A stretch of 48,438 nucleotides of DNA from an uncultured bacterium (GTDB lineage Bacteria; Patescibacteriota; Minisyncoccia; Phycocordibacterales; PALSA-1337), in NCBI GenBank assembly GCA_903864905.1, contig CAIPHR010000073.1, positions 1 through 48,438 of the forward strand, read 5' to 3'. Position 1 is the first letter of the stretch. Every line of letters starts with the position of its first letter. The translations under genes were made by a program, and so were the position numbers. The notes under the pieces were generated by a model. The model made no database searches, was not told the DNA's origin, and worked only from the letters and a program-made list of their open reading frames with translations. Shown here piece after piece: positions 1 through 10,895 of the stretch.

Positions 1-63
1 AATTGATACACATATACGATACAGATATACGCATACATACTATTATATGAATAATTAATAACA

Positions 64-1521
64 ATGAAAATTGAATTAGCAAAACTTACAATAGAGAAAG
101 TACATAAACATTTCATTGATGGTGATTTTACTTCTGTAGAGCTTACACAAGCATATATAGATGAAATAAAAAAGAAAGATATAGATATACATGCATATCT
201 AGAAGTATTCCGAGATGCAATCGAGTCTGCAAGTATTGCTGATAAAAGGATAAAAGATGGGGAAGCTTCTCTTTTGACAGGTATACCGATCGCTATAAAG
301 GATAATATTTTGATAAAGGGCAAGATTGCTAGTTCTGGTTCAAAGATGTTAGAGAATTATCATGCGACTTATGATGCAACCGTAATAGAAAAATTGAAGA
401 GAGAAGGTGTTGTATTCATAGGTAGGACAAATATGGATGAATTTGCTATGGGTGGTTCAACTGAAAATTCTGCTTATGGAGTAACCAAGAATCCTCTGGA
501 TCTTGAACGTGTTTCTGGCGGTTCTTCCGGGGGTTCAGCTGCCGTGGTTGCCGCCAATATGGCTCTAGCTTCACTAGGTTCTGATACTGGAGGATCTATA
601 CGTCAGCCAGCAAGTTTCTGTGGTGTAGTAGGTTTGAAGCCAACATACGGTGCGGTTTCTAGATATGGCGTTATGGCTATGGGTTCTTCACTCGATCAGA
701 TAGGGCCAATCTGTAAGACTGTTCGCGATTCTGAAATTATATTTGATATTATTCGAGGTAAAGATATCCATGATGGAACAACTATCGACAATGATACATA
801 TAAAAGTAATTTGGTATCAGATTCCCAAATAAAAAGTAATGATAAAAAGCCAGTATTGGGGGTTCCTTGGCATTTTCTTGGTGATGGTATCGATGACAAG
901 GTCATGCAGAGTTTCAATAATTCTATTGAAAAATTCAAGAAAATGGGGTATGAGATAAAGGAGATCAAACTTCCAAATATTTCTTTTTCTTTGATGGTTT
1001 ATTATGTTCTTATGCCTGCCGAGGTTTCCTCCAATATGGCTCGCTTCGATGGTATGAGATTTGGTTTATATAAAAATGGCGAGAGTGGTATCGATGATTA
1101 TTTCGAATCTCGTCGAGCAGGGCTAGGCCGTGAAGTCATACGCCGTATATTGTTGGGAACATATGTTCTGTCTTCTGGATATTATGATGCATATTACAAT
1201 CGTGCCAATGCCGTTCGGAGGATGATACTAGACGATTTCTCAAAAGCATTTGCATCTGTTCAAGCTATCATTACACCAACAACACCGTCATCAGCATTCA
1301 AAATCGGTGAAAAAACTAATGATCCTGTAGCTATGTATTTGGAAGATATATTTACAGTTACAGCCAATCTAACTGGTTTGCCAGCTATATCTATTCCGAT
1401 GAAGGTAGATGAAACTACGGAATATTCGAAAACCAATATGCCTATAGGTTTGCAGATTACAGCGAAACATGGCTGTGAGTCTACATTGTTCGAAATTGCT
1501 AAGGATATTGAGGTTAAATAG
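64..1521 (+). CDS. gatA: Asp/Glu-tRNA(Asn/Gln) amidotransferase subunit A
   Basis: Amidase signature GGSSGGSAA, GSDTGGSIRQPASFCG, IKDNI, RRILLGTYVLSSGYYDAYY. Confidence 0.97.
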   Translation: MKIELAKLTIEKVHKHFIDGDFTSVELTQAYIDEIKKKDIDIHAYLEVFRDAIESASIADKRIKDGEASLLTGIPIAIKDNILIKGKIASSGSKMLENYHATYDATVIEKLKREGVVFIGRTNMDEFAMGGSTENSAYGVTKNPLDLERVSGGSSGGSAAVVAANMALASLGSDTGGSIRQPASFCGVVGLKPTYGAVSRYGVMAMGSSLDQIGPICKTVRDSEIIFDIIRGKDIHDGTTIDNDTYKSNLVSDSQIKSNDKKPVLGVPWHFLGDGIDDKVMQSFNNSIEKFKKMGYEIKEIKLPNISFSLMVYYVLMPAEVSSNMARFDGMRFGLYKNGESGIDDYFESRRAGLGREVIRRILLGTYVLSSGYYDAYYNRANAVRRMILDDFSKAFASVQAIITPTTPSSAFKIGEKTNDPVAMYLEDIFTVTANLTGLPAISIPMKVDETTEYSKTNMPIGLQITAKHGCESTLFEIAKDIEVK

Positions 1522-1618
1522 TATAAAATACAACCATTTTTAGAACTCTTGATGGCTGTATAGTATCAACCTATTTATACTTCAAATTAAATTTCCAATA
1601 ATTTGCTATAATATACCT

Positions 1619-2179
1619 ATGGATCTCATCCCTGCATTGAGCAACGTACTTGAAACAGTATTCGGTTGGCAACCAGTTATATTTGGCGCAGCCAAAAACC
1701 TTGTCAGTTTCTTCATAGTTATATCTTTTCCTCTGTCATTTGTATTTTTCATAGGTATTATTTATTGTGTAGAAAATCTGAAAAAGATACGCAATCGCGA
1801 AGAGGAAATATATGATACAAAAACTGAGCCTGGTTATGAAGTTGTAGCAAAGGTAGATAAACATTTAACGAATCGATGGGAAAGTGTACAGAAGCATATG
1901 AGCTCAACCAATCCAAATGATTGGAAGCAAGCGATCATAGAGGCTGACATTATGCTTGATGATATATTGACAAAGATGGGTTATAGAGGCGAAAGTGTCG
2001 GTGAGAAATTGAAACGCGTAGCAATGGGTGATTTTGCATCTCTAGACGACGCTTGGGAGGCACATAAAGTCAGAAATAGGATAGCGCACGATGGATCAGA
2101 TTTTGCTCTCAGTGAACATGATGCAAAAGAGACTATTCAGAAATATAGGAAGGTTTTCGAGGAATTTTATTATATTTGA
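1619..2179 (+). CDS. Conserved hypothetical membrane-anchored protein
   Basis: N-terminal TM helix; C-terminal AIIEADIMLD...GEKLK...AWEAHKVRNRIAH (Rx4H, HEPN-like); TATAAT 6 nt before the ATG. Confidence 0.8.
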   Translation: MDLIPALSNVLETVFGWQPVIFGAAKNLVSFFIVISFPLSFVFFIGIIYCVENLKKIRNREEEIYDTKTEPGYEVVAKVDKHLTNRWESVQKHMSSTNPNDWKQAIIEADIMLDDILTKMGYRGESVGEKLKRVAMGDFASLDDAWEAHKVRNRIAHDGSDFALSEHDAKETIQKYRKVFEEFYYI

Positions 2180-2224
2180 TCATGATATTGCTTAAAGGAA
2201 GTAATGGTATATACTAGGTTTAGT

Positions 2225-2734
2225 ATGTATATATTTTATGTTCTTTTATTTCTATTAGCCTTTTTTTTGGTCTTTGTTTACTGGTTTTTGTACAGATTGT
2301 ACAAGAGGATAGCCAGGCGTTGCCGCAAGAAAGGCTGTGGTCGTACTGGTGTAGAACGTGTTAGCAAGATATTACTTGCACCAGATGAAATGGTCTCTTT
2401 CCGTAGTACAAAAGGTAAATTACGATGGTTCATCCGTCGTGTCATCAAGTTGACCTTTACAAGGTGTAAATGTGGTTGGGTTGAATTGGTGAAGATCGAT
2501 ACTGATCCAATGTCTCTTTGGCATGCTTGGTGGGCAAAAAAGATGCATAAAGATCAGTATATTTTGGAGGACCCAGTCCTCATAGATGTTGCGCAGAAAA
2601 AGATGAGGCAATTGTACCTTGGTGGTCGACATGAAAGTCTCGATCCTCAAGCTACAGATACGCCTGATCTATCGTTTCGCTCTTTGTCTAGGGATTACTT
2701 TGAAGAAATCTCCAATGTTATAGACAAAGTCTAG
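2225..2734 (+). CDS. Hypothetical membrane protein
   Basis: Hydrophobic N-terminus and Cys pairs; start moved from 2204 to ATG 2225 because a TATACT -10 box lies at 2210-2215. Confidence 0.65.
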   Translation: MYIFYVLLFLLAFFLVFVYWFLYRLYKRIARRCRKKGCGRTGVERVSKILLAPDEMVSFRSTKGKLRWFIRRVIKLTFTRCKCGWVELVKIDTDPMSLWHAWWAKKMHKDQYILEDPVLIDVAQKKMRQLYLGGRHESLDPQATDTPDLSFRSLSRDYFEEISNVIDKV

Positions 2735-2751
2735 CTCAGTTCTCGGTTCAG

Positions 2752-2781
2752 AAAGCATGTTACACAGTGACGTGCTTTTTT
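2752..2781 (+). terminator. Intrinsic terminator
   Basis: AAAGCATGTTAC-ACA-GTGACGTGCTTT hairpin followed by a T run. Confidence 0.7.
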
Positions 2782-2898
2782 GTTTGTTGTGTAGTTATCT
2801 GTATATGTTATGGGACAAGACTACACATGTTATTTATTTAAATTATTGGTATAATTTATGAGACTGGGCCTCAGTTTGAGGATCCAGGAAGACCTATA

Positions 2899-5800
2899 AT
2901 GTACTTTAGAAAAAATTGTTTTGAAACATTGAATCAGCGGCCATTTTCAACGGTTCTTTTTGGCGTATTTGTATTAGTTTTTCTTGTTTCTTTCTCTGGT
3001 GTAGCTAGAGCATCGATCTATACACCTGGACAAACTCTCGAACCAGATTGTGCTCCAGGATCAATAAATTGTGGCGTTATCACTCCGAATGCTAGCGCTT
3101 CGCAAACAGGACTTCTCACATCAACTGATTGGACTTCTTTCAACAATAAATTTTCACTAACATTGAATAGTGGCAAGATCTGGATCGGTGATGGATCCGG
3201 TCAGGCTACACCTATCGAAATTTCCGGTGATGCAACACTCTCAAATTCTGGCATCATAACGATATCTGATAATGCGGTCACTACGGCAAAGATCCTCGAT
3301 AGAAATGTTAGTTTAGCAAAGTTGCAAGATATTGGTGCCAGCAAATTGCTAGGAAACCCGACTGGTGCGGCTGCATCTACGACAGAGATATCTATTGGTA
3401 ATGGTCTCACATTTTCTGGTACAGATATAAAAGTCAATGCACCGACATGTCCATCAAATTCATTTTTGACATGGGATGGATCTGCATTTTCTTGTTTGGC
3501 TGATATATCTGATCGTATAGCTAGTGCGCACAATTTCCTCTCTGGGCCATTGAATGGCTCTGCGGCACCTGCTTTTCGTACGATAGATGCATCAGATCTA
3601 GGTACTGGTGCAACTACGAGTCAGGAAGTATTGCTTGGCAATCAGACATGGTACCAACTGCTTGATCCTTCTGGAAAGATCAATGTTAGCGCACTGCCGA
3701 GTACGGTTACAGGATCACTCAAATTCAAAGGCACATGGAATGCACTCACCAATACGCCAACACTGACTGCTCTTGGTGGAGGGGGAAGCTCCGGAGATTT
3801 CTATGTTGTTGATGTTGCTAGTACTACTGATCTACTCGATGGAGGTCATATGTCATGGAATGTAGGCGACTGGGTAGTTCATAACGGTGTGACTTGGGAT
3901 CGAGTATCGCAAGGTGTCACAGTTTCCAGTGTAAATGGTCAAACTGGTGCTGTAGTTCTGAGTACCAGTAATGTCAGTGAAGGTGTTAATGAATATTTCA
4001 CCAATGCACGTGCTAGAGGTGCTATGACCGGTGTCGGTCCAATAGTTTATTCTACTACATCGGGTAATATAGATTGCCCGACTTGTGTTCTCGCCAGTAC
4101 GACTAATGGTGATATATTGGCTGGTACAGGTATAGATCCTTCAGGCTCTCTATCAGATCGCTTGATCGGTAGTGGTGATATCACATTTAGCTTAAATAAT
4201 ACAGGAGTGACTGCTGGTGGTTACGGTGGAAATATAGCAGTGGGAACATTCACTGTTGATGCTCAAGGAAGATTGACATCTGCTGGTACAACGACTTTGG
4301 ACGCAGCATCAATATCTTCAGGTTCATTATCAGTTGCTCGTGGAGGTACTGGGGTTGCAACATTCACATCAAAAGGAATTTTATATGGTAATGGTACTAG
4401 CGCACTTTCTTCTTCTGCAGCTGGTACATCTGGTCAATTCCTCGTGGCCAATGATAGTGGTGTACCCAGTTTTGTTTCCGCTTCTGGTGATCTCACAGTT
4501 GCTTCGTCTGGAGCGATGACTATAGGAACAGGAGCTGTAAACTCTACAAAAATATTGGACGGTACTATCCTAAATGCAGATATTTCGGCAAGTGCTGCTA
4601 TAGCGTATGCGAAACTCAATCTTGCAAATTCTATAGTGAATGGAGATATTGCAAATGGGACGAGCACCAATTCCAAACTTGCAAATTCAACAGTTTATTT
4701 CACGCTTGGAACTTCTGGAAATGATGTCAATTTATCCAGTACAGTCGCAGCTCTTGGTGATACTCTCATTATAAATATTCCCAATGCATCAGCAACGAAC
4801 CGTGGTGTAGTTTCGACAACTACACAAACTTTTATTGGTGCAAAAACATTTAGTGGTAACATGAGCGTGATAGGTACTACTACACTCACTGGTAATCTCA
4901 TAACTTCTAGAGGCCCTGATCATTTGACAGATGGAGTACAGAATGATGTAGATCTCGGAACTGGTTCATATTTTCATTATATGGGTAGCAGAGCGGCTAC
5001 ATTTACGGGATTCATTGGTGGGTCAGATGGTAGAGAGTTTACACTTTTGAATGATTCTGATCATGATATAACCCTGACAAACAATGATACTGGTTCGATC
5101 GATACAAGTCGCATAGAAACGATGCACGGTGATTCGGTTATCATACCTCCAGAAGTTTCTGTTGGACTCCAATATGATGGTGGATCTAGTCGTTGGCATA
5201 TCATCTCGTTTCCTGCAACTGCACAAGCTATTAGTAATTATGCATATCTTAATGATGGTAACAGTTTTGGTGCATCTGCATCCATCGGCACGACAGATAG
5301 TTACGCTCTACACTTTATGACTAGTGGTAGTACGAGATTCTCTATTGGTACTACGAGCGCTAGTTTGGAGGGTAGTGGAGTAACATCTATAACAACAGAT
5401 AATTCACTTTCTCTATCATCTGGTGCAGGCTCCCAACTCAATATAATTTCTGGAACAAATGGAACTTTGAGTATAGATTCGGCGTTGAGTGGGGCCGTAA
5501 ATATTGGCACCAATAGTAATAGTAAAGTTGTTTCTATCGGTAATACTACAGGTGCATCCGCACTTAATCTAAATGCTGGGTCTCAAGGTATCAGTATGAA
5601 TGGAAATATTGCCATCTCTTCTCCTAGTTCATTCTCTTCTGGTTCAGGACTTTTCACCGTCAATTCATCTGGTGTAGTTTTGGCTAGTAGTTCTTCAGTT
5701 ATAGATATGACTGGTTCAGGAGTTCTTGGTTTGAATACGACCACCAATCGTGCGATAACGACAGGCAATGGCATGTTCACTCTAGGTGGAGGGCTCACGG

Positions 5801-8800
5801 TTATTGGAAATAAAATATATATGGGTTCCAATACAACAGGATCCATCATGGTCGCTGATGGTACTAGTTTCAATCCTGTTGCACTTTCTGGTGATGCTAC
5901 TATCAATTCTTCTGGTGCTCTCACATTGAACTATACTACTGCTCAATCTGCTAGTGCAGCAAATAAAGGTTTTCTCACAGCTGCTGATTGGACTTTATTC
6001 AATGCAAAACAACCAGCACTCGGCTATACATCAGAAGATAGTGCAAATAAAGCAGCTAGTGTTCTACTAGGAAATTCTGATACACTTTATCCAACTCAAA
6101 AAGCAGTCAAAACTTATGTGGATAATGCAGCAACTGGTCTCAATTGGCAGCCACCAGTTGAAATCATCAACGTCATAGCTGATACAGCTACGCCAGTGCT
6201 TGCACCAAATAATCTGGATGTATATATTATGAACACTGGTGGAAAAACTGGCACTTGGTCAACATTCGAGGTTGGAGATATGATCCAGTATCAGACTAGT
6301 CAGTGGGTATTTATAAAACATTTGGCTATAGGAGATAGATTTGGTGTAGCTTTCAAGGCCACTACAACACCATCTGGTAGTATGACTGGGTATAAGAATT
6401 ATAAAGTCGAGATCACTGGTGGTACCGCAGGGGCTTTCATATATAGCTTTACAGCACCAAGTGCCAATGATGCTATTTTCGTTCAGAATACCAATGCTTA
6501 TTATAGGAATGTTTCTTTTGTCTATGCTTCATCGACAACTGTGACACCTCAATGGGTGCAACTATCAGCTACAGTTGATTGGCGTATGGGTAGTGGGTTG
6601 CAAGCCAATGGTACTGTTGAAAGTTTAGGACCTCTAACTACTGATTGGACTCAGAGTGGAGCCTTTGATATGAATACCAGTGGCAATGTAAATATAGGTA
6701 ATGGCAAGGCTTTCTCAGTCGCTGGAACTTCTACATTATCAGGAAATATTATCATGCCTAAAGGTACAGATTTTGTTGGTTCAAGTACGCAGAACAACAT
6801 CGATCTCGGTTCTGGTTCAGTATTCAGATACACTGGAACAGGTCCGGCAATTTTCACTGGTTTTGCTGGGGGTGTGAATGGTAGGATGATACGTTTTGTG
6901 AATGCTTCCAATTATACGATCACTCTATCACAAGAGAATGCTGGTTCTAACAATGCAAATAAGATCGTTATAGAGACTGGGGCAGATGCTTTAATTTCTT
7001 CTAACGCTTCTTTCGAAATGTTATATGATTCAGGTATATCACGTTGGAGGGTTACAGTATTGCCAGCAAATACAGCAATATTGCAAGGTGGGAATGCCTA
7101 TGGCGCAACAGAGAGTATCGGTACTACTGATACATACGGACTCAATTTTATTACGAATAATACAAATAGATTTTCTATAGCAACTACATCGGCGACACTT
7201 ACAGGTAATGGCGCAACAACTATTGCAAGTAATAATACACTCTCACTTATGTCAGCAGCGGGTTCTAGTTTGAATGTTATTTCGAGTACTACTGGTGGTT
7301 TGGTATTGGATACTGGTACTACTGGCTCTATCAGTATAGGGACTAGTTCCAATGCAAAGACTATTGCGCTCGGTAATACAACTGGTGCAACGTCTATTTC
7401 ATTGAATGCTGGAACTGGAGGAATAAGCATGAATGGAAGTACCACGATCGCAGGTACAAATACCTTCACAACAGGTTCAGGATTGACGACTATCAATTCT
7501 ACAGCAGTTAATTTGGCTGGAAATTCTAGTGTGCTCGATATGTCTGGAACTGGAACAACCAGTTTGAATACAATTACCAATCGACCAATAAAAACTGGAA
7601 CAGGATCATTTACTGCAGGAGGTAGTTTGATCGTTACAGGTACAAGTACAATGAGTGGCAATATAGTTGCTGTTGGAAATATGTCTACACCAAAAGGTTC
7701 TGATTATGTTACAACTGGTTCACAAAATGATGTCAATCTTGGAACAGGTTCATTATTTAGGTATACAGGTTCAAATATCGCTACTTTCAATGGTATATCT
7801 GGTGGTATTGATGGTAGACAGATATATATTATGAATGTTTCTTCATCCAATCTTACAATTGCACACCAGAATACTGGTTCAGTTGCAGCGAATAGGATCA
7901 TTACTGCAAGTGGCTCATCTGTCACTATCCCTCCTGCAGCAACTATTGCTCTGCAATACGATAGTAGTACAGCACGTTGGAGGATCATGACTACCACTCT
8001 CTCCTCAGCAGCTATTTCTGGCTTTGCTTTCTTACAGAATGGTAACTCATATGGAGCGACAGCTACACTCGGAACCAATGATGGTTATGGTTTGAGTTTC
8101 ATTACTAGTGGAAATACACGTTTTGCTATAGCGACAACATCTGCAACACTTACAGGTACTGGTGCAACATCGATCACTACGGATAGTACACTTGCTCTTT
8201 CTTCTGCTAGTGGTTCTGATCTCAATGTGACTTCTGGAACAACCGGTAATCTCAATCTCGATAGCGGGTCGAGCGGCGGAATAAATATTGGTACGAATGG
8301 AAATGGAAAAACGATAACGATAGGTAATGGTACAGGGCTCAGTTCTCTAGTATTCAATGCTGGTACTGGAAATATAGATATTGGTGCAAATGCTATTGCT
8401 AGAAATATCAATATTGGCACTGGTGCCGCAGTTGTTGAAACTGTAAATATTGGAGGAACAGGAGCCAATGTTATAAGCATTGGAAATACTCAAAATAGTG
8501 GTTCTATTTCGCTGGGATCAAGTATGACAAGTGGAACTATCTCGATCGGTGGAACTGGTTTGCAGACTGGAAATATAGATATTGCACCAGGTACTGGTTC
8601 TCAGGTTGTGACTATAGCGAATAGTGGAGGTGTAAAAACATTGGATATTGGAAATGGTGTTTCTGGCAATACTATTTCTATAGGTAATGGTGCAAATATT
8701 TCTGATCAAGTTTTGAATCTTGCTTCTGGAGCAGCTGGAGCAAATTCTACGGTAAATATTTTGACAGGTGTTGGTACGGCTGGAATACAAACATTGAATC

Positions 8801-10344
8801 TAGGTACCGGAGCATCAGCCAAGACTATAAATATAGGTAATCAATCAGGTGCAACAGCACTTACATTAGATAGTGGTACTGGTGCTATCTCTATAGGTAC
8901 AGGAGCACAAGATAGAATATTGAATATTGCTACAGGAGCTGCAGTACAGACTGTTACTATAGGCTCTACGAATGGAGCATCTACGTTGACCTTGGAGGCT
9001 GGTACGGGTGCCTTGAATATTGGTACAGGTAGCTTTGCAAAGACTATTACCATGGGTAATGCTAGTGGTGCTACAGCTTTGGCAATGAATTCTGGTACTG
9101 GTGGTATAACATTGGTAACAGGAACGACAGGTGTTGTTTCAATAAAATCTGGATCGACTGGTTCGGTAACTATAGATTCTGGTACATCAGGAACTGTGAA
9201 TATTGGTAATGGTAATACAGGGAAGACAATAAACATCGGTACAGGTACAGGTGGTAATGCTATCAATATAGGTAATAATAATACTGTAGCTGACACCATC
9301 TCCATTGGTTCAAATCTGGATGCAGTGACGATAGCAGCTACGACATTGACTTTGAATAATACTCCAGCCGCAACTAGTGGAAACTTTACTCTGTGTGCGC
9401 CATCTGGCGGAAGTGGTCAGGTTAGACGTGGATCATCAGCTACTTCATGTAATACATCATCCCTTCGATATAAGCATGATGTCAATGATATAGGAGAGGG
9501 TCTAGATACTATCAACAATTTGCGACCCGTCACATTCTATTACAATGACGGCGTCACTACACTACAGAATGGTTTGATTGCTGAAGAGGTTTATACTGTC
9601 ATTCCTGAGTCGGTCGTCCTCGATGAAATCGGTAGACCAAACGCTATCGACTATAGTCAGATAACTCCCGTTATTGTCAAATCTATAAAGGAAATGTCTG
9701 GAATTATCGGCGACATATCTCCTAGTACATCGATCAGTAATGCTTCTACTACAGGTACGACTACTCAAAATGGTCTCTCTACATTGATAGCGACTATCCA
9801 GTCTGAACGAGCAAATAATCCTATAGTAATAATTGGGGATAAGATAAGTGGTGGAAAAAGATTTATTACCAATTTTGTAACTGCTCGCATCACTGCTATA
9901 CGAGGATATTTTGATGAAGTATTTGCAAATAAGATTCATACTGATCAGGTTTGTCTCAAGAAGTCTGATGGCAATGAAATATGTGTTAATGGTGATGATA
10001 TACAGAAGTTGATCGGAATTAGTACTCCATCATCATTTCCAATTTCAAATGATATTTCTACATCAATCGAAAATCAAGTATCAAGTTCTACAAATTCTAC
10101 TAGTACAGATCCAGTTATAGATCCTGGCACGTCGAATAATTCTGCAACTAGTACTATTCAGGTAGAGTCAAATTCAAATATCCATGAACCTGTTTTGCCA
10201 GTTACTCCAACTGAAGTTCCGATAGAAAGTCCTATTATTGAACCCGCTACAGTTGTAGACACCTCGAATACAAGTACACAAACACAAGACATACCAGTAG
10301 ATCCTGTGGTAAACTCCGTGATAGAATCGAGTCCAGCTCAATAA
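2899..10344 (+). CDS. Giant repetitive surface/fibre protein with peptidase S74-like (intramolecular chaperone) domain
   Basis: Signal/TM N-terminus; G/T/S/N-rich beta repeats; three long internal repeat modules; SSLRYKHDVNDI...LRPVTFYY...GLIAEEV...IDYSQI motif from ~9457. Confidence 0.85.
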   Translation: MYFRKNCFETLNQRPFSTVLFGVFVLVFLVSFSGVARASIYTPGQTLEPDCAPGSINCGVITPNASASQTGLLTSTDWTSFNNKFSLTLNSGKIWIGDGSGQATPIEISGDATLSNSGIITISDNAVTTAKILDRNVSLAKLQDIGASKLLGNPTGAAASTTEISIGNGLTFSGTDIKVNAPTCPSNSFLTWDGSAFSCLADISDRIASAHNFLSGPLNGSAAPAFRTIDASDLGTGATTSQEVLLGNQTWYQLLDPSGKINVSALPSTVTGSLKFKGTWNALTNTPTLTALGGGGSSGDFYVVDVASTTDLLDGGHMSWNVGDWVVHNGVTWDRVSQGVTVSSVNGQTGAVVLSTSNVSEGVNEYFTNARARGAMTGVGPIVYSTTSGNIDCPTCVLASTTNGDILAGTGIDPSGSLSDRLIGSGDITFSLNNTGVTAGGYGGNIAVGTFTVDAQGRLTSAGTTTLDAASISSGSLSVARGGTGVATFTSKGILYGNGTSALSSSAAGTSGQFLVANDSGVPSFVSASGDLTVASSGAMTIGTGAVNSTKILDGTILNADISASAAIAYAKLNLANSIVNGDIANGTSTNSKLANSTVYFTLGTSGNDVNLSSTVAALGDTLIINIPNASATNRGVVSTTTQTFIGAKTFSGNMSVIGTTTLTGNLITSRGPDHLTDGVQNDVDLGTGSYFHYMGSRAATFTGFIGGSDGREFTLLNDSDHDITLTNNDTGSIDTSRIETMHGDSVIIPPEVSVGLQYDGGSSRWHIISFPATAQAISNYAYLNDGNSFGASASIGTTDSYALHFMTSGSTRFSIGTTSASLEGSGVTSITTDNSLSLSSGAGSQLNIISGTNGTLSIDSALSGAVNIGTNSNSKVVSIGNTTGASALNLNAGSQGISMNGNIAISSPSSFSSGSGLFTVNSSGVVLASSSSVIDMTGSGVLGLNTTTNRAITTGNGMFTLGGGLTVIGNKIYMGSNTTGSIMVADGTSFNPVALSGDATINSSGALTLNYTTAQSASAANKGFLTAADWTLFNAKQPALGYTSEDSANKAASVLLGNSDTLYPTQKAVKTYVDNAATGLNWQPPVEIINVIADTATPVLAPNNLDVYIMNTGGKTGTWSTFEVGDMIQYQTSQWVFIKHLAIGDRFGVAFKATTTPSGSMTGYKNYKVEITGGTAGAFIYSFTAPSANDAIFVQNTNAYYRNVSFVYASSTTVTPQWVQLSATVDWRMGSGLQANGTVESLGPLTTDWTQSGAFDMNTSGNVNIGNGKAFSVAGTSTLSGNIIMPKGTDFVGSSTQNNIDLGSGSVFRYTGTGPAIFTGFAGGVNGRMIRFVNASNYTITLSQENAGSNNANKIVIETGADALISSNASFEMLYDSGISRWRVTVLPANTAILQGGNAYGATESIGTTDTYGLNFITNNTNRFSIATTSATLTGNGATTIASNNTLSLMSAAGSSLNVISSTTGGLVLDTGTTGSISIGTSSNAKTIALGNTTGATSISLNAGTGGISMNGSTTIAGTNTFTTGSGLTTINSTAVNLAGNSSVLDMSGTGTTSLNTITNRPIKTGTGSFTAGGSLIVTGTSTMSGNIVAVGNMSTPKGSDYVTTGSQNDVNLGTGSLFRYTGSNIATFNGISGGIDGRQIYIMNVSSSNLTIAHQNTGSVAANRIITASGSSVTIPPAATIALQYDSSTARWRIMTTTLSSAAISGFAFLQNGNSYGATATLGTNDGYGLSFITSGNTRFAIATTSATLTGTGATSITTDSTLALSSASGSDLNVTSGTTGNLNLDSGSSGGINIGTNGNGKTITIGNGTGLSSLVFNAGTGNIDIGANAIARNINIGTGAAVVETVNIGGTGANVISIGNTQNSGSISLGSSMTSGTISIGGTGLQTGNIDIAPGTGSQVVTIANSGGVKTLDIGNGVSGNTISIGNGANISDQVLNLASGAAGANSTVNILTGVGTAGIQTLNLGTGASAKTINIGNQSGATALTLDSGTGAISIGTGAQDRILNIATGAAVQTVTIGSTNGASTLTLEAGTGALNIGTGSFAKTITMGNASGATALAMNSGTGGITLVTGTTGVVSIKSGSTGSVTIDSGTSGTVNIGNGNTGKTINIGTGTGGNAINIGNNNTVADTISIGSNLDAVTIAATTLTLNNTPAATSGNFTLCAPSGGSGQVRRGSSATSCNTSSLRYKHDVNDIGEGLDTINNLRPVTFYYNDGVTTLQNGLIAEEVYTVIPESVVLDEIGRPNAIDYSQITPVIVKSIKEMSGIIGDISPSTSISNASTTGTTTQNGLSTLIATIQSERANNPIVIIGDKISGGKRFITNFVTARITAIRGYFDEVFANKIHTDQVCLKKSDGNEICVNGDDIQKLIGISTPSSFPISNDISTSIENQVSSSTNSTSTDPVIDPGTSNNSATSTIQVESNSNIHEPVLPVTPTEVPIESPIIEPATVVDTSNTSTQTQDIPVDPVVNSVIESSPAQ

Positions 10345-10389
10345 TTATTATTCTTAATATTTAATATTCATATGTATAATAACGAAACA

Positions 10390-10890
10390 ATGTCAACAAT
10401 GAAAACTGCGCAAAATCCTATTCCAAATAAAACCAAGAAAACAATTAAATTGGGTAGAACATCTCTATTCATAATTATAATTTTGATTGTGGGAGGAATG
10501 TATGGAACGGTTCATTATCATAATAAATATAAGTCTCTAACTGTAGATCCCAACATTGAAGCACAGAAGATGACCGATCAATTGGTTTTGAGTCTAGGCA
10601 AACTCATGGAATTGCCAAAGGATGAAGTACCAACTGTTGCTACTATATCTGATAAAGAAAAGTTGAGTGGTCAATCATTTTTTACTAATGCGGAAAATGG
10701 AGATATCTTATTCGCTTATACCAATGCTATGAAAGCGATATTGTATCGTCCTAGTACCAATAAGATCATCAATGTAGCTCCAATATCTATCAATCAACCA
10801 CAGAGCTTAAATACTGGTACGAAACAGGGTATTCAAACGTCGATATCGACACCTACTTCTACTAGTTCGAGATCTACTATTGAAAGATAA
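10390..10890 (+). CDS. Conserved hypothetical single-TM protein
   Basis: TM helix then PTVATISDKEKL...FF...GD...AILYRPSTNKIINVAP; start likely 10390 or 10399, downstream of TATAAT at 10375. Confidence 0.75.
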   Translation: MSTMKTAQNPIPNKTKKTIKLGRTSLFIIIILIVGGMYGTVHYHNKYKSLTVDPNIEAQKMTDQLVLSLGKLMELPKDEVPTVATISDKEKLSGQSFFTNAENGDILFAYTNAMKAILYRPSTNKIINVAPISINQPQSLNTGTKQGIQTSISTPTSTSSRSTIER

Positions 10891-10895
10891 TTTCT

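Noticed and set aside
6..45. ATAC-rich short repeats upstream of gatA
   Set aside because: Low-complexity, irregular and truncated by the window edge
3201..9939. Many antisense and alternate-frame ORFs within the giant fibre gene
   Set aside because: Shadow ORFs produced by codon bias of the G/T/S/N-rich protein
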